From Bacilli bacterium (lineage in GTDB: Bacteria; Bacillota_I; Bacilli_A; RF39; UBA660): a DNA stretch of 59,010 nt. Location: NCBI GenBank assembly GCA_017886705.1, contig JAGHJJ010000012.1, positions 1 through 59,010 on the forward strand, read 5' to 3'. Of the stretch, positions 44,609 to 53,365 are shown one piece after another. Within the stretch, counting starts at the first letter, position 1; each line of letters begins with the position of its first letter. The translations under genes were made by a program, and so were the position numbers. The notes under the pieces were generated by a model, which made no database searches, was not told where the DNA came from, and saw only the letters and a list, made by a program, of their open reading frames with translations.

Positions 44609-45881
44609 AAAAGAATTTCAAAAATTTGCTGACAAAAATCCAGAAATCACTTTCTATCAAACCAAATCCTGGGCTCACCTAAAAAAGAAAAATGGTTGGA
44701 TTGCTCATTATTTAGGACTAGAAGATAAAAACAATTTAGTAGCAGCAAGCTTAATTCTAGCAAAAACACTACCAATCATTAAGAAAAAAATGTTTTATGC
44801 ACCACGTGGCTTTTTAATCGATTATAAAGATAAAGAAATATTAAAGGAATTTACAAATCAATTAAAAGACTATGCAAAAAAAGAGCATGCAATCTTTGTA
44901 AAAATAGATCCCTATGTAGAATATAAAGAAAGAGATAATAATGGTGATATTGTAGAAAATGGTATTGATAACAGTATCTGTGTAGAAAACTTAAAAGAAT
45001 TAGGTTATAAACACTTTGGATTCAATCTAATGCAAGATACCCTTCAACCAAGATGGATGCATGTCATTGAAACAGAAGGCAAAACCTTGGATGATGTGAT
45101 GAAAGATATGGAATCAAAAACTAGACAAATACTAAGAAAAAATGAACGTTCTGGAATCCATACAAAAGAAATAACAAAAGAAGAATTACCACTTTTTAAA
45201 GATATTATGCAAAAAACTAGTGATAGACGAGAATTTGTAGATAGACCACTATCATATTATGAAAGTATGTGGGACTCTCTTCATGACGATGGAATTTTAA
45301 AAATATTAGTTGCTGAAATTGATTTTATAGAATTTGAAAAAAATACCAAAGAAGAACTAGAAACAAACGAAAAAGAATTAAAAGATAGAATCTATAAAAA
45401 AGAACATGACATATTGAAAATGAATCCAAAAAAATATGAACAAAACAATAAAAAGAACGAAAGTGAAATAGAAAGATTAAAAAAACAATTAGAAAAAATA
45501 AAAGATTACAAAAAAAAATATGGAGATAAGAAATTACTAGGTGGTATTCTTTTCCTAATCTATGGAAATGAAGTACTTTCTCTCCATGGTGGAACACTTG
45601 ATGATGTAATGCAATTTCAATCAGCATATACCATTCATTTTGCTGGTGTAAAATACGCAGTAGAAAACCATTACAAACGATATAATTTCTATGGTATTAC
45701 CGGAGACTTTAGAAAAGAAAATCCTCTATACGGCTTATACTTATTCAAAAAAAGTTTTGGAGGACACGTAGTAGAATTAATCGGTGAATTCGACTACATC
45801 ATATCTCCATTCTGGTATCATACCTATAATATTGCTTTTAATACGTATCATAAAATTAAAAATTTACGAAAGAAAAAATAA
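44586..45881 (+). CDS. FemAB-family peptidoglycan aminoacyltransferase (paralog 2)
   Basis: Same architecture (FYQTKSWAHLK, FYAPRGFLIDYKD, a coiled-coil insertion, YGLYLFKKSFGG). AAGGAG Shine-Dalgarno. It overlaps paralog 1 by 23 nt. Confidence 0.85.
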   Translation: MKLKTLSEKEFQKFADKNPEITFYQTKSWAHLKKKNGWIAHYLGLEDKNNLVAASLILAKTLPIIKKKMFYAPRGFLIDYKDKEILKEFTNQLKDYAKKEHAIFVKIDPYVEYKERDNNGDIVENGIDNSICVENLKELGYKHFGFNLMQDTLQPRWMHVIETEGKTLDDVMKDMESKTRQILRKNERSGIHTKEITKEELPLFKDIMQKTSDRREFVDRPLSYYESMWDSLHDDGILKILVAEIDFIEFEKNTKEELETNEKELKDRIYKKEHDILKMNPKKYEQNNKKNESEIERLKKQLEKIKDYKKKYGDKKLLGGILFLIYGNEVLSLHGGTLDDVMQFQSAYTIHFAGVKYAVENHYKRYNFYGITGDFRKENPLYGLYLFKKSFGGHVVELIGEFDYIISPFWYHTYNIAFNTYHKIKNLRKKK

Positions 45882-45905
45882 CAAATCACTTGTTATTTTT
45901 TTTTA
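45877..45905. terminator. Bidirectional hairpin between the fem genes and the convergent flippase gene
   Basis: AATAACAA-ATCAC-TTGTTATT flanked by an A-run and a T-run. Confidence 0.5.
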
Positions 45906-47538
45906 TCCATTTATCCAAACGACTACCAAATACTCTCTTCATAACTTTAAATCGATACATATAAATAAAGTAAGTAACACCACCAATACCAGTATAAAGA
46001 ATGATATAAATAAGACTAATTCCTCGACTAGTAGTATCAGGAACTATAAAGTTTACTAAAAATAATACAAACACCATCAACATAGAACCACATAAAATAT
46101 CAATAAAGTTTTTAGCAAACTCTTCATAATTAATATGATACTTTCTCTTCATTTGAATAATACAAATTAAGAATGATACAAAATAACCTATCAGACTAGC
46201 AGTAATAACACCATAATAAGCAGGAAGACCCATTTTATAAAAAGCAACAAGTAAATTATCATTTAAAAGAAATTTTAATAATACTCCAATAAATAAACTA
46301 AAAATAACTGTTTTATAATCTTTTAATACTTGTACAATAGAAACCGTAGAAGTAAAAAGACCAATCATAAAACCAACAAAAACAAAATAAGCTAACACAC
46401 TAGGTCCATAAACACTTTCTCCATAAAAAACCATCCAAATGTATTTAGACAAAAAGCTAATTCCTAGCGTCATAGGTACTGCAAAAAATAATAAAATACT
46501 AAGAGTTTGATTTACTTTTAAATTAATATCCTCTTTATCTTTCTTCACAACACTACTAGTTAAATTAGGAATTAAACTAACGATAATACCAGTAGAAACA
46601 GCAAGTAATATCATATTAAATTTATTAGCCCAGGTAGATAACATACTCATAACACTCTCAGCATCAACAACAGAAAATCTAGCATGAGAGACAAGGCCTT
46701 GAACAACTGTAACCATATCAATATAACTATATAAAGATTTAAACACATCAATCATAATAAAAGGAAAGGCATAAATTATAATCTTTTTAAATATTTGCTT
46801 ATTAGTAATGATAGGTTCATTTACAGAACGTATCTTTTCATTAAATTTAGAACGATTTTTTCTCTTCTTAATAACTAAATATAAATAAGAAGCAATTGCA
46901 CCAGCGGTTGCTCCAAAAACAGCAATACCAACCGCAGAAGTTAATGATAGTTTAAATACTTTTAAAGCCATAAAACTACCGAGAACAATAACCAAAACAC
47001 GTACGAATTGCTCCAACACTTGAGAAAATGAAGGTGGTTCCATAAATCTATGTCCTTCAAAATATCCTCGGTAAATACTAAGAACAGGAACAACTAAAAT
47101 AGCCGTACCAATAACTCTAATTACAAAAGTAACATCTTCTATCGTATTACCACCAGTTAAATCACCTAAGACAGCCTTAGCTATCCAAGGAGCAAATAAA
47201 AGTAATAAAAGAAAACAAGCAAAACCTAATAACAAAGCAATCTTTTTACCAATAATAAAAGCTCGTTTTTTAGCATTATAATAACCTAATGTTTGATATT
47301 CTGATACAATCTTACTAATCGCTAAAGGTATACCTGCAGAAGATAAAGACATAAAAAGTAAATAAATGGTGTATGCGTACCCGTATAAGGCACCGCCCTC
47401 TTCCCCTATAATAGCATGAAAAGGAATAACATAGACAATACCTAATATCTTTGTTAAAACAATACCTAAAGTTGCAATAAAGGCACCTTTAATAAAACCA
47501 CTTTTTTGCATACTAACTTTCTTTTTCTTCTTTGCCAT
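45886..47538 (-). CDS. MOP-superfamily flippase (MurJ/YtgP/SpoVB-like putative lipid II flippase)
   Basis: 550 aa with about 14 transmembrane helices. N-terminal KGAFIATLGIVLTKILGIVYVIPF is typical of the polysaccharide-biosynthesis/MurJ-like family. Confidence 0.75.
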   Translation of the reverse strand: MAKKKKKVSMQKSGFIKGAFIATLGIVLTKILGIVYVIPFHAIIGEEGGALYGYAYTIYLLFMSLSSAGIPLAISKIVSEYQTLGYYNAKKRAFIIGKKIALLLGFACFLLLLLFAPWIAKAVLGDLTGGNTIEDVTFVIRVIGTAILVVPVLSIYRGYFEGHRFMEPPSFSQVLEQFVRVLVIVLGSFMALKVFKLSLTSAVGIAVFGATAGAIASYLYLVIKKRKNRSKFNEKIRSVNEPIITNKQIFKKIIIYAFPFIMIDVFKSLYSYIDMVTVVQGLVSHARFSVVDAESVMSMLSTWANKFNMILLAVSTGIIVSLIPNLTSSVVKKDKEDINLKVNQTLSILLFFAVPMTLGISFLSKYIWMVFYGESVYGPSVLAYFVFVGFMIGLFTSTVSIVQVLKDYKTVIFSLFIGVLLKFLLNDNLLVAFYKMGLPAYYGVITASLIGYFVSFLICIIQMKRKYHINYEEFAKNFIDILCGSMLMVFVLFLVNFIVPDTTSRGISLIYIILYTGIGGVTYFIYMYRFKVMKRVFGSRLDKWIKKNNK

Positions 47539-47589
47539 ATACTTCCTCCATTATTTAAATCATATCACAAATTAAAAGAAAAATCACAA

Positions 47590-48723
47590 CTACTTAGTTG
47601 CAATTTTCCTTTTTTTAGAATTATTATCAAAAGCTAATAACTGATTAAAATACTCAAAGTCTTTTTCTGGCTTAGAATAAGTTTCTCCTAGCAAAATAGC
47701 TTCAGGATACTTTTTATTTTCTAAAGATATAATAAACTCACTTTGATAATTCTGATCAAGCATATCCCAGTACTTTTTTCTATCATCAACAGATAAAGTA
47801 GAAAAAATAGAAGAAGCATTACTAACAAATAAATCTACAATAGTAATCTGATCTAAAAGATTATTAGATAACATATTACTAGATACATACTGCATTTCTT
47901 GGAATAAAGCTTCTATCTTTTCAACAGGATTATCTAAAACATTTAAATACTCTAAAAAACTTTGAAACGTAGCAGGTGTATAAACTTGCAATTTAGAAGA
48001 GCCTTCTTTTACAGATTGAATCTCACTCTGTAACTTATCTAATTCAGTAACAAAGGAAGAAAGCGTCATATCAAGTGCCACTCCATCTAAAGTAGATGAA
48101 CTTTCATCATATTGCTTTAAAATTTTCGAAAGTCTCTGATAATAGACTGCCTGCATTTCAATAGGAAGCTCTGTAACCATACTTTGAATATTACCAGTAA
48201 GTTGCAAAAAAGTCATACTATTAGTAACAGAAGGAATTACTTCTTCATTTACCGCATTCATCATTTTTTTATCTTGATTAGGATTAACTAAATAAACATT
48301 CTGATTAGCATACTGTAATATCATATTATAATGTTCTACACCGTGATGTGCTTTAACATATTGATCTATCATATCAGGAGAAGAAATAGTATCACTAAAA
48401 GCAGCACCATCCTCAAAAACACAAAACGAAATAGAAGGATCCATAGAGCTTTCTAATCTATCTTTTTGTCTCAAAACTGACTTATGATTTGTATAATGTT
48501 GATAAGACATAACAGGTATACTAATACCAGTAGCAATATCAATAACATAACCTTTCTGATCAGCATCAGGAATAACAAACAATTCCACTTCTTCTGCTTC
48601 TTTTAAAAGTCTCTGAAAAGCCTTAGAATAAGACTGAAAAAAGCCATGATACTCTAAATCTTTAGGAAAACCATCTTTATAATAATAAGCACTCGTCTTG
48701 TAAACATTATCGTAATTACTCAT
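47590..48723 (-). CDS. Hypothetical protein (377 aa), paralogous N-terminal motif to the upstream gene
   Basis: The ATG at 48723 follows GGGTGG and overlaps the stop of the upstream gene by 8 nt (ATGAGTAA). It shares the motif D-x-x-GY-[VI]-x-[DE]-I-[AS]-T-x-I-x-[IL]-P-[VI] with the 607-aa protein. Confidence 0.65.
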   Translation of the reverse strand: MSNYDNVYKTSAYYYKDGFPKDLEYHGFFQSYSKAFQRLLKEAEEVELFVIPDADQKGYVIDIATGISIPVMSYQHYTNHKSVLRQKDRLESSMDPSISFCVFEDGAAFSDTISSPDMIDQYVKAHHGVEHYNMILQYANQNVYLVNPNQDKKMMNAVNEEVIPSVTNSMTFLQLTGNIQSMVTELPIEMQAVYYQRLSKILKQYDESSSTLDGVALDMTLSSFVTELDKLQSEIQSVKEGSSKLQVYTPATFQSFLEYLNVLDNPVEKIEALFQEMQYVSSNMLSNNLLDQITIVDLFVSNASSIFSTLSVDDRKKYWDMLDQNYQSEFIISLENKKYPEAILLGETYSKPEKDFEYFNQLLAFDNNSKKRKIATK

Positions 48724-50539
48724 AAAAACCACCCTTTTTTGCAAAAACTTTAGCGTCATCTAACTTACTATAACAAGAAACAGTATCAATCACATAACCT
48801 CTTAAAAAATCACTATCACGTTCTAGTAATCCCTGTTTATCACGATTTAATTGACGTAACATAGAAACAACTTCAACATCTCCATCACTAAAAGTAATCT
48901 TATCAATATGATTATCAATAACGGTTGATAACTGTTGAATAGTAAAATCATTCATAAAAGTAACAGAATTTCTTTGATCAACTTCATCTAAAATTAATAA
49001 CTGTTGAAATAAAGCTTCATATATTTTATTTTGTGCTTCTAAACTAGCCAGTAAGTTTTTAGGATGTAAAGCACTTTGCTGCCTAAAATTAACAGAAAAA
49101 TAATATAAATTTCGAAAATTATTAACAGAATCTGTAGACTCACATATCAAATAATCAATATAAGTATCTACCCAGTTAAAATCATCCATATAAGACTTTT
49201 CTTCATCAGAAATAAGGCCTTCAATATCAACAAGTTCTTTCAAAAAAGAATTATCAATTTCTGCTTCTGTTTGAAAAGACAAAATACTTCTATCAAGCTC
49301 TACAATCTGAAAATCTCTCTTTTGAAGTGTGCTTTCCAATTTATTCTGAAGTTCTTGCTTTTTAGAAACAGGAATTCTAGATAATATAATCTGTTGCCTT
49401 AGTTTTAATATATTAGTAATAGAATTAGAAAAAGTAGAATCATCAAAAGAAAGTAAAATATTATGATTATCAGAATTGTCTTCTAAAACTTCTTCTTCAT
49501 CAGATACATTGTCATCTGTATGAAGAATTTCAGAAGATAGTAAAACATTATTTTTTTCTAAATAAGAATTTAATTTAAATGGAAAATCAGCATAATGTTT
49601 TTTATACTCTTTAATTTCTAGTTTAGAGGGAACAATTAAAGACTTATCATCTCTAGGCATAAAGACAAAGAAAGATAATAAATCATTATCAGTTCCCTCT
49701 CTACCATTCACCATAAGAGTTGCATCTCCTGTTTTTTCATCTAACTGATAATAGACATAAGGAATTTCCCTTTTTGTTCTAACTTCACGTAATTTTCCAT
49801 CTCTACCAAACTTAACACATAGCTTTTCTAACATAGTATCACTAAATTGAAAATCATGAAATTTCAAGTCATAAAAGATAGTTTGACCAAAATCTTCAAT
49901 AGATTCATATCGGTCCTTCAAAGGAAGTTTAACACCATCTTCTAAATAAGTAGCAGGAACAAAATAAGTTTGATTCACCTGATAAGGACAAGAAACCGCC
50001 CCGGAAAAAATAGAATTTCTCTCACGCATAGTATAAGCAATTTTGATTCTAAAAGAAGAAGCATCCTGACGAGAAGACCTAACAAAACTAGAATCTGGAA
50101 AAAAAGAACTTAAATACTGATAACGTCTATCATAATTACTATATCTCTTTAAATATTGAATAACATCAGGAATAGAAACTGGATTTCGATAAAGATTAAA
50201 ATCAACGACTCCATATCCAAAATCATCCAAATCACGATTTAAAAAATGCATAACATTAACAGGAACAGATTGCCTTGTAGCAGTACTGTATTTATGCATT
50301 TTCCAGGTATAATCAGAAGTATCCACTTCTTCAGAAACATATTCAATTCTACTGCCAATAATCGGTAATAATATAGCTGTTGAAATTTCTTGAATATAAC
50401 CAGGTTTATCACTTTCAGTTACATAAATAACATCAGAATTGTAAGGATCATTTAAAATAGTAGAAGAAATATCTTGTATCATATCTTCTTCCAAAACCTG
50501 ACCGGATAAATAACAAAGTTTCGTACAATAAACTTGCAT
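48716..50539 (-). CDS. Hypothetical protein (607 aa)
   Basis: The ATG at 50539 is 7 nt after AAGGAGG. No transmembrane helix, signal peptide or catalytic motif that I recognise. It has an acidic linker (DDNVSDEEEVLEDNSD) and a helical C-terminal half. Confidence 0.65.
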   Translation of the reverse strand: MQVYCTKLCYLSGQVLEEDMIQDISSTILNDPYNSDVIYVTESDKPGYIQEISTAILLPIIGSRIEYVSEEVDTSDYTWKMHKYSTATRQSVPVNVMHFLNRDLDDFGYGVVDFNLYRNPVSIPDVIQYLKRYSNYDRRYQYLSSFFPDSSFVRSSRQDASSFRIKIAYTMRERNSIFSGAVSCPYQVNQTYFVPATYLEDGVKLPLKDRYESIEDFGQTIFYDLKFHDFQFSDTMLEKLCVKFGRDGKLREVRTKREIPYVYYQLDEKTGDATLMVNGREGTDNDLLSFFVFMPRDDKSLIVPSKLEIKEYKKHYADFPFKLNSYLEKNNVLLSSEILHTDDNVSDEEEVLEDNSDNHNILLSFDDSTFSNSITNILKLRQQIILSRIPVSKKQELQNKLESTLQKRDFQIVELDRSILSFQTEAEIDNSFLKELVDIEGLISDEEKSYMDDFNWVDTYIDYLICESTDSVNNFRNLYYFSVNFRQQSALHPKNLLASLEAQNKIYEALFQQLLILDEVDQRNSVTFMNDFTIQQLSTVIDNHIDKITFSDGDVEVVSMLRQLNRDKQGLLERDSDFLRGYVIDTVSCYSKLDDAKVFAKKGGFYE

Positions 50540-50603
50540 AAATAGCCTCCTTATAAAAGTAAGCATATTATACAAAAAATATTTAAAAAAGTAAATATAA
50601 CCA

Positions 50604-50780
50604 TTAATAATAAACAATCATAGCTGAAAAACAAAATACTTGTTCTTCACTAAAAATCCCTATACTAACCTGATATTTAATATCAACAACTTCTCCATCT
50701 AAATCTTCTAAAAACTCATTAATATCACATTCTAAATCCTTTTCATCTTCTTCATCAAATATTTTAACTTTCACTTTCAT
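50604..50780 (-). CDS. Cse60-like sporulation protein (about 58 aa)
   Basis: KVKIFDEEDEKDLECDINEFLEDLDGEVVDIKYQVS...VFCFSAMIVYY matches my recollection of the Cse60/YteV family. The start is the ATG at 50780 or the GTG at 50774, after AAGGTG. Confidence 0.55.
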   Translation of the reverse strand: MKVKVKIFDEEDEKDLECDINEFLEDLDGEVVDIKYQVSIGIFSEEQVFCFSAMIVYY

Positions 50781-50795
50781 CACCTTAAATAGTAT

Positions 50796-50827
50796 AAAAA
50801 AAGTTTTCAACAAAAATTGTTGAAAAC
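50796..50827 (-). terminator. Strong intrinsic terminator after the PHP gene
   Basis: Minus strand: GTTTTCAACAA-TTT-TTGTTGAAAAC (11-bp stem) followed by TTTTTTT. Confidence 0.8.
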
Positions 50828-50837
50828 TAGTACAAAT

Positions 50838-51761
50838 TTAATTTAATAACCAGTCGACAAGATTATCAATATATTTTTCATCAACTCGTATATCTTCACC
50901 TTTAAAACCAATCACAGGATGTAAACCATCTTTATTATGAAAATCTGAACCTATAGTCGCCTTTAACTTATGTTCTTTAGCAAACTCATTCCAAAAATTG
51001 ACTTCATTAATTTTATTATTATTTTTATCAATATAAATATAATTAGCTTCTATTCCATCAGCATGCATCTCTTGAACCAGTCTTAAAGTATCTTCAGACA
51101 TAAAATTATCTTCATATTTATAAGCAACAGGATGAGCAAGTACTACTTTACCTCCTACAAGTCGAATTAATTCTGCAGCTTCTACTGGAGTAACCGTATT
51201 CTTCTTAACATAAGCAGGGCACCCTTCATTCATAATAGTTTCAATAAACTCACCTTTTTCAGGAATATGTCCGAATACTTCTAATAACTTTTCCTTATTA
51301 TCAGGATTATTAACAACATCTAGAGAAATATGAGCCTTAGTAACAGCTTCTATCTTATCAAGCTCCGAAGTATGAACAACATAACCTAACTCTTCTAATT
51401 TAGCTGCAACTCCATATAAATAATCATGTCTTGCATTTCTTAAGGATTTTAATTTATCTAAAAAAGTTTTATTATGTAAATCAAAATTATATCCCAATAC
51501 ATGAATACCACATTTTTTAATTTTAGTAGAAATCTCAACGGCAGGAATAATTAGAATATTTTTACTCTTTGCATATTGAAACAATTCATCACTATAAGCA
51601 TCCACTGTATCATGATCTGCAATAGAAAGAATACTTACTCCATTTTTAACAGCTTCATCAATAATATCTTTAGGTGTCATAGCACCATCAGAACAATTAG
51701 TATGAATATGTAAATCAATTCGTTTTAACACAAAATCACCCTCTTTTAATGAATAATTCAA
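50838..51761 (-). CDS. PHP-domain metal-dependent phosphoesterase (TrpH/YciV-like)
   Basis: IDLHIHTNCSDG N-terminal PHP motif, later HV, AHP and SDFH metal-ligand motifs. Confidence 0.85.
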   Translation of the reverse strand: MNYSLKEGDFVLKRIDLHIHTNCSDGAMTPKDIIDEAVKNGVSILSIADHDTVDAYSDELFQYAKSKNILIIPAVEISTKIKKCGIHVLGYNFDLHNKTFLDKLKSLRNARHDYLYGVAAKLEELGYVVHTSELDKIEAVTKAHISLDVVNNPDNKEKLLEVFGHIPEKGEFIETIMNEGCPAYVKKNTVTPVEAAELIRLVGGKVVLAHPVAYKYEDNFMSEDTLRLVQEMHADGIEANYIYIDKNNNKINEVNFWNEFAKEHKLKATIGSDFHNKDGLHPVIGFKGEDIRVDEKYIDNLVDWLLN

Positions 51762-51827
51762 ATTATTTATCTATAATATTTATGCTATATTATAAATAAG
51801 AAAAAATAGTTTTACAAGATATACCTT

Positions 51828-53231
51828 TTATTTCTTTATAAGTAACTTTTTATCCTGCACATAAGGTAAATCATTTTCTAAGGCAATCTCCGCTTTTGTA
51901 AGTTCTTGACCTAAGTAAAATGCATGATCCAAGTTACTAATATGAAAACAGCATTTATCACGTAAAGAAGTAGCAGTCTTGCCCTGATAAGACCTCTCTA
52001 AAACACCTTCTCTATTAAAGAAGGATACATCAATATTACCATTATTATTTTCGATAAAGAAATACCCTCTTTCATCTTCTTCACAAAAAGAAACATGACC
52101 ATCAACATAAGGAGTAATATCTAAAAAATTTCTCTCATACACATGGGCAGAACCAGTAACAGTATTAACATATCCTTTATCAAGGCCTAATGCTTTACAT
52201 AAAACATCTTGTATCTTTAAAATACCATATATATTTCTAGGAAAACCATTATAAACATCATTTGCTCTTAAATAAGCAATCATATACAATTTATTATCTT
52301 GCACAATTGCCTGATATAAATCAATACACGGAACTTCATCAACAAAAGTTTCTATTGCTGGATTCCAAAGTACCGCAACTGCTCTTCTAGAATAAAGTTT
52401 ATTTTGTAAAGTTTCAATTAAATACTGTAACTGATCTACATTACTATAATTACGAAGTCTTTCACCATAAGTATATTGTAAATCATCAGGTTTATCTTTA
52501 GAAAGCAACGTATTAGCATACAAATTCAACTCTTCCTCTGTAATTCCTAATTCTCCTACCATAGAAGGATGATTTAAATCTTCTTCTCGAACAATGATAG
52601 ACAAATCCATAAGTTCCATTTGCTTCTCATCATAATCAGAAAGTTTCAAATTACCATAGGTACCAATAAGTTTTAAACTACGCATCCAAGCTTCTTTTAC
52701 AGTACTAGCTCTTACCATAAAACCTATTTTTTCACTAGCCAAATTTTGTTTAGTTTCCACAACTTCTAAAGAAAACTCTTCTACACCATCTCTCCAAAGA
52801 GAAGAAGCAGTAGTAGGCAACTTTTCTATAGTATCGTTTAATCTATCACTAGAAACAACGGTAACATGATTTTTAAAATACTCACAAAACTCATGAATAT
52901 TTTCTTTGGAGAACTGAAATTTCTTTTGAAAACGTATATCTTCCGTCTCAAGGAAATACAAAAATTCACGAATACTATCACACATCCTAGAATGAACATC
53001 AGAATCTTCTAATAAAAGCAAATGCGAAATCTGTGGATTTAAAAACAAATTAGCAATAATAAAATTAATACCATTCTTAGTATATAAAGGGCCAATAGAG
53101 ACAACTTTCTCCAAAGCATCACTAGATAATTCATCATGAATTAATCTTGGTGTCTTCCAACCTGTAATAATACCAACACCATTTGCTTTTTCTTCATCAA
53201 ATAACACAACATTAGGATAATACTTTAACAT
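51828..53231 (-). CDS. Thymidylate-synthase-like protein flanked by MtrA-like N-terminal and DUF4346-like C-terminal regions (467 aa)
   Basis: The core carries ThyA-type motifs: YGERLR, SRRAVAVLWNP, VPCIDLYQ (candidate catalytic Cys), LRANDVYNGFPRN and GSAHVYERN. N-terminus: SIGPLYTKNGINFIIANLFLNPQISHLLLL. C-terminus: DERGYFFI...HAFYLGQELTKAEIAL. Confidence 0.7.
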   Translation of the reverse strand: MLKYYPNVVLFDEEKANGVGIITGWKTPRLIHDELSSDALEKVVSIGPLYTKNGINFIIANLFLNPQISHLLLLEDSDVHSRMCDSIREFLYFLETEDIRFQKKFQFSKENIHEFCEYFKNHVTVVSSDRLNDTIEKLPTTASSLWRDGVEEFSLEVVETKQNLASEKIGFMVRASTVKEAWMRSLKLIGTYGNLKLSDYDEKQMELMDLSIIVREEDLNHPSMVGELGITEEELNLYANTLLSKDKPDDLQYTYGERLRNYSNVDQLQYLIETLQNKLYSRRAVAVLWNPAIETFVDEVPCIDLYQAIVQDNKLYMIAYLRANDVYNGFPRNIYGILKIQDVLCKALGLDKGYVNTVTGSAHVYERNFLDITPYVDGHVSFCEEDERGYFFIENNNGNIDVSFFNREGVLERSYQGKTATSLRDKCCFHISNLDHAFYLGQELTKAEIALENDLPYVQDKKLLIKK

Positions 53232-53365
53232 AACATCACTCTTTCTAGTCTATATCAGAATAACATAAAAAAGCGAAAAAGATATGTTGCATTTGCAACA
53301 AAAAAGAAGAATTAATAAACTCCTCTTTTGACAACATTACTAGTATAAGTAACTTCCTTTCGGCA

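Noticed and set aside
53232-53365. GTTGCA-AA-TGCAAC palindrome and TTGACA-like hexamers between leuS and the TS-like gene
   Set aside because: The hairpin loop is too small and the T-run is interrupted. The hexamers lack a correctly spaced -10. I could not support a terminator or a promoter call.
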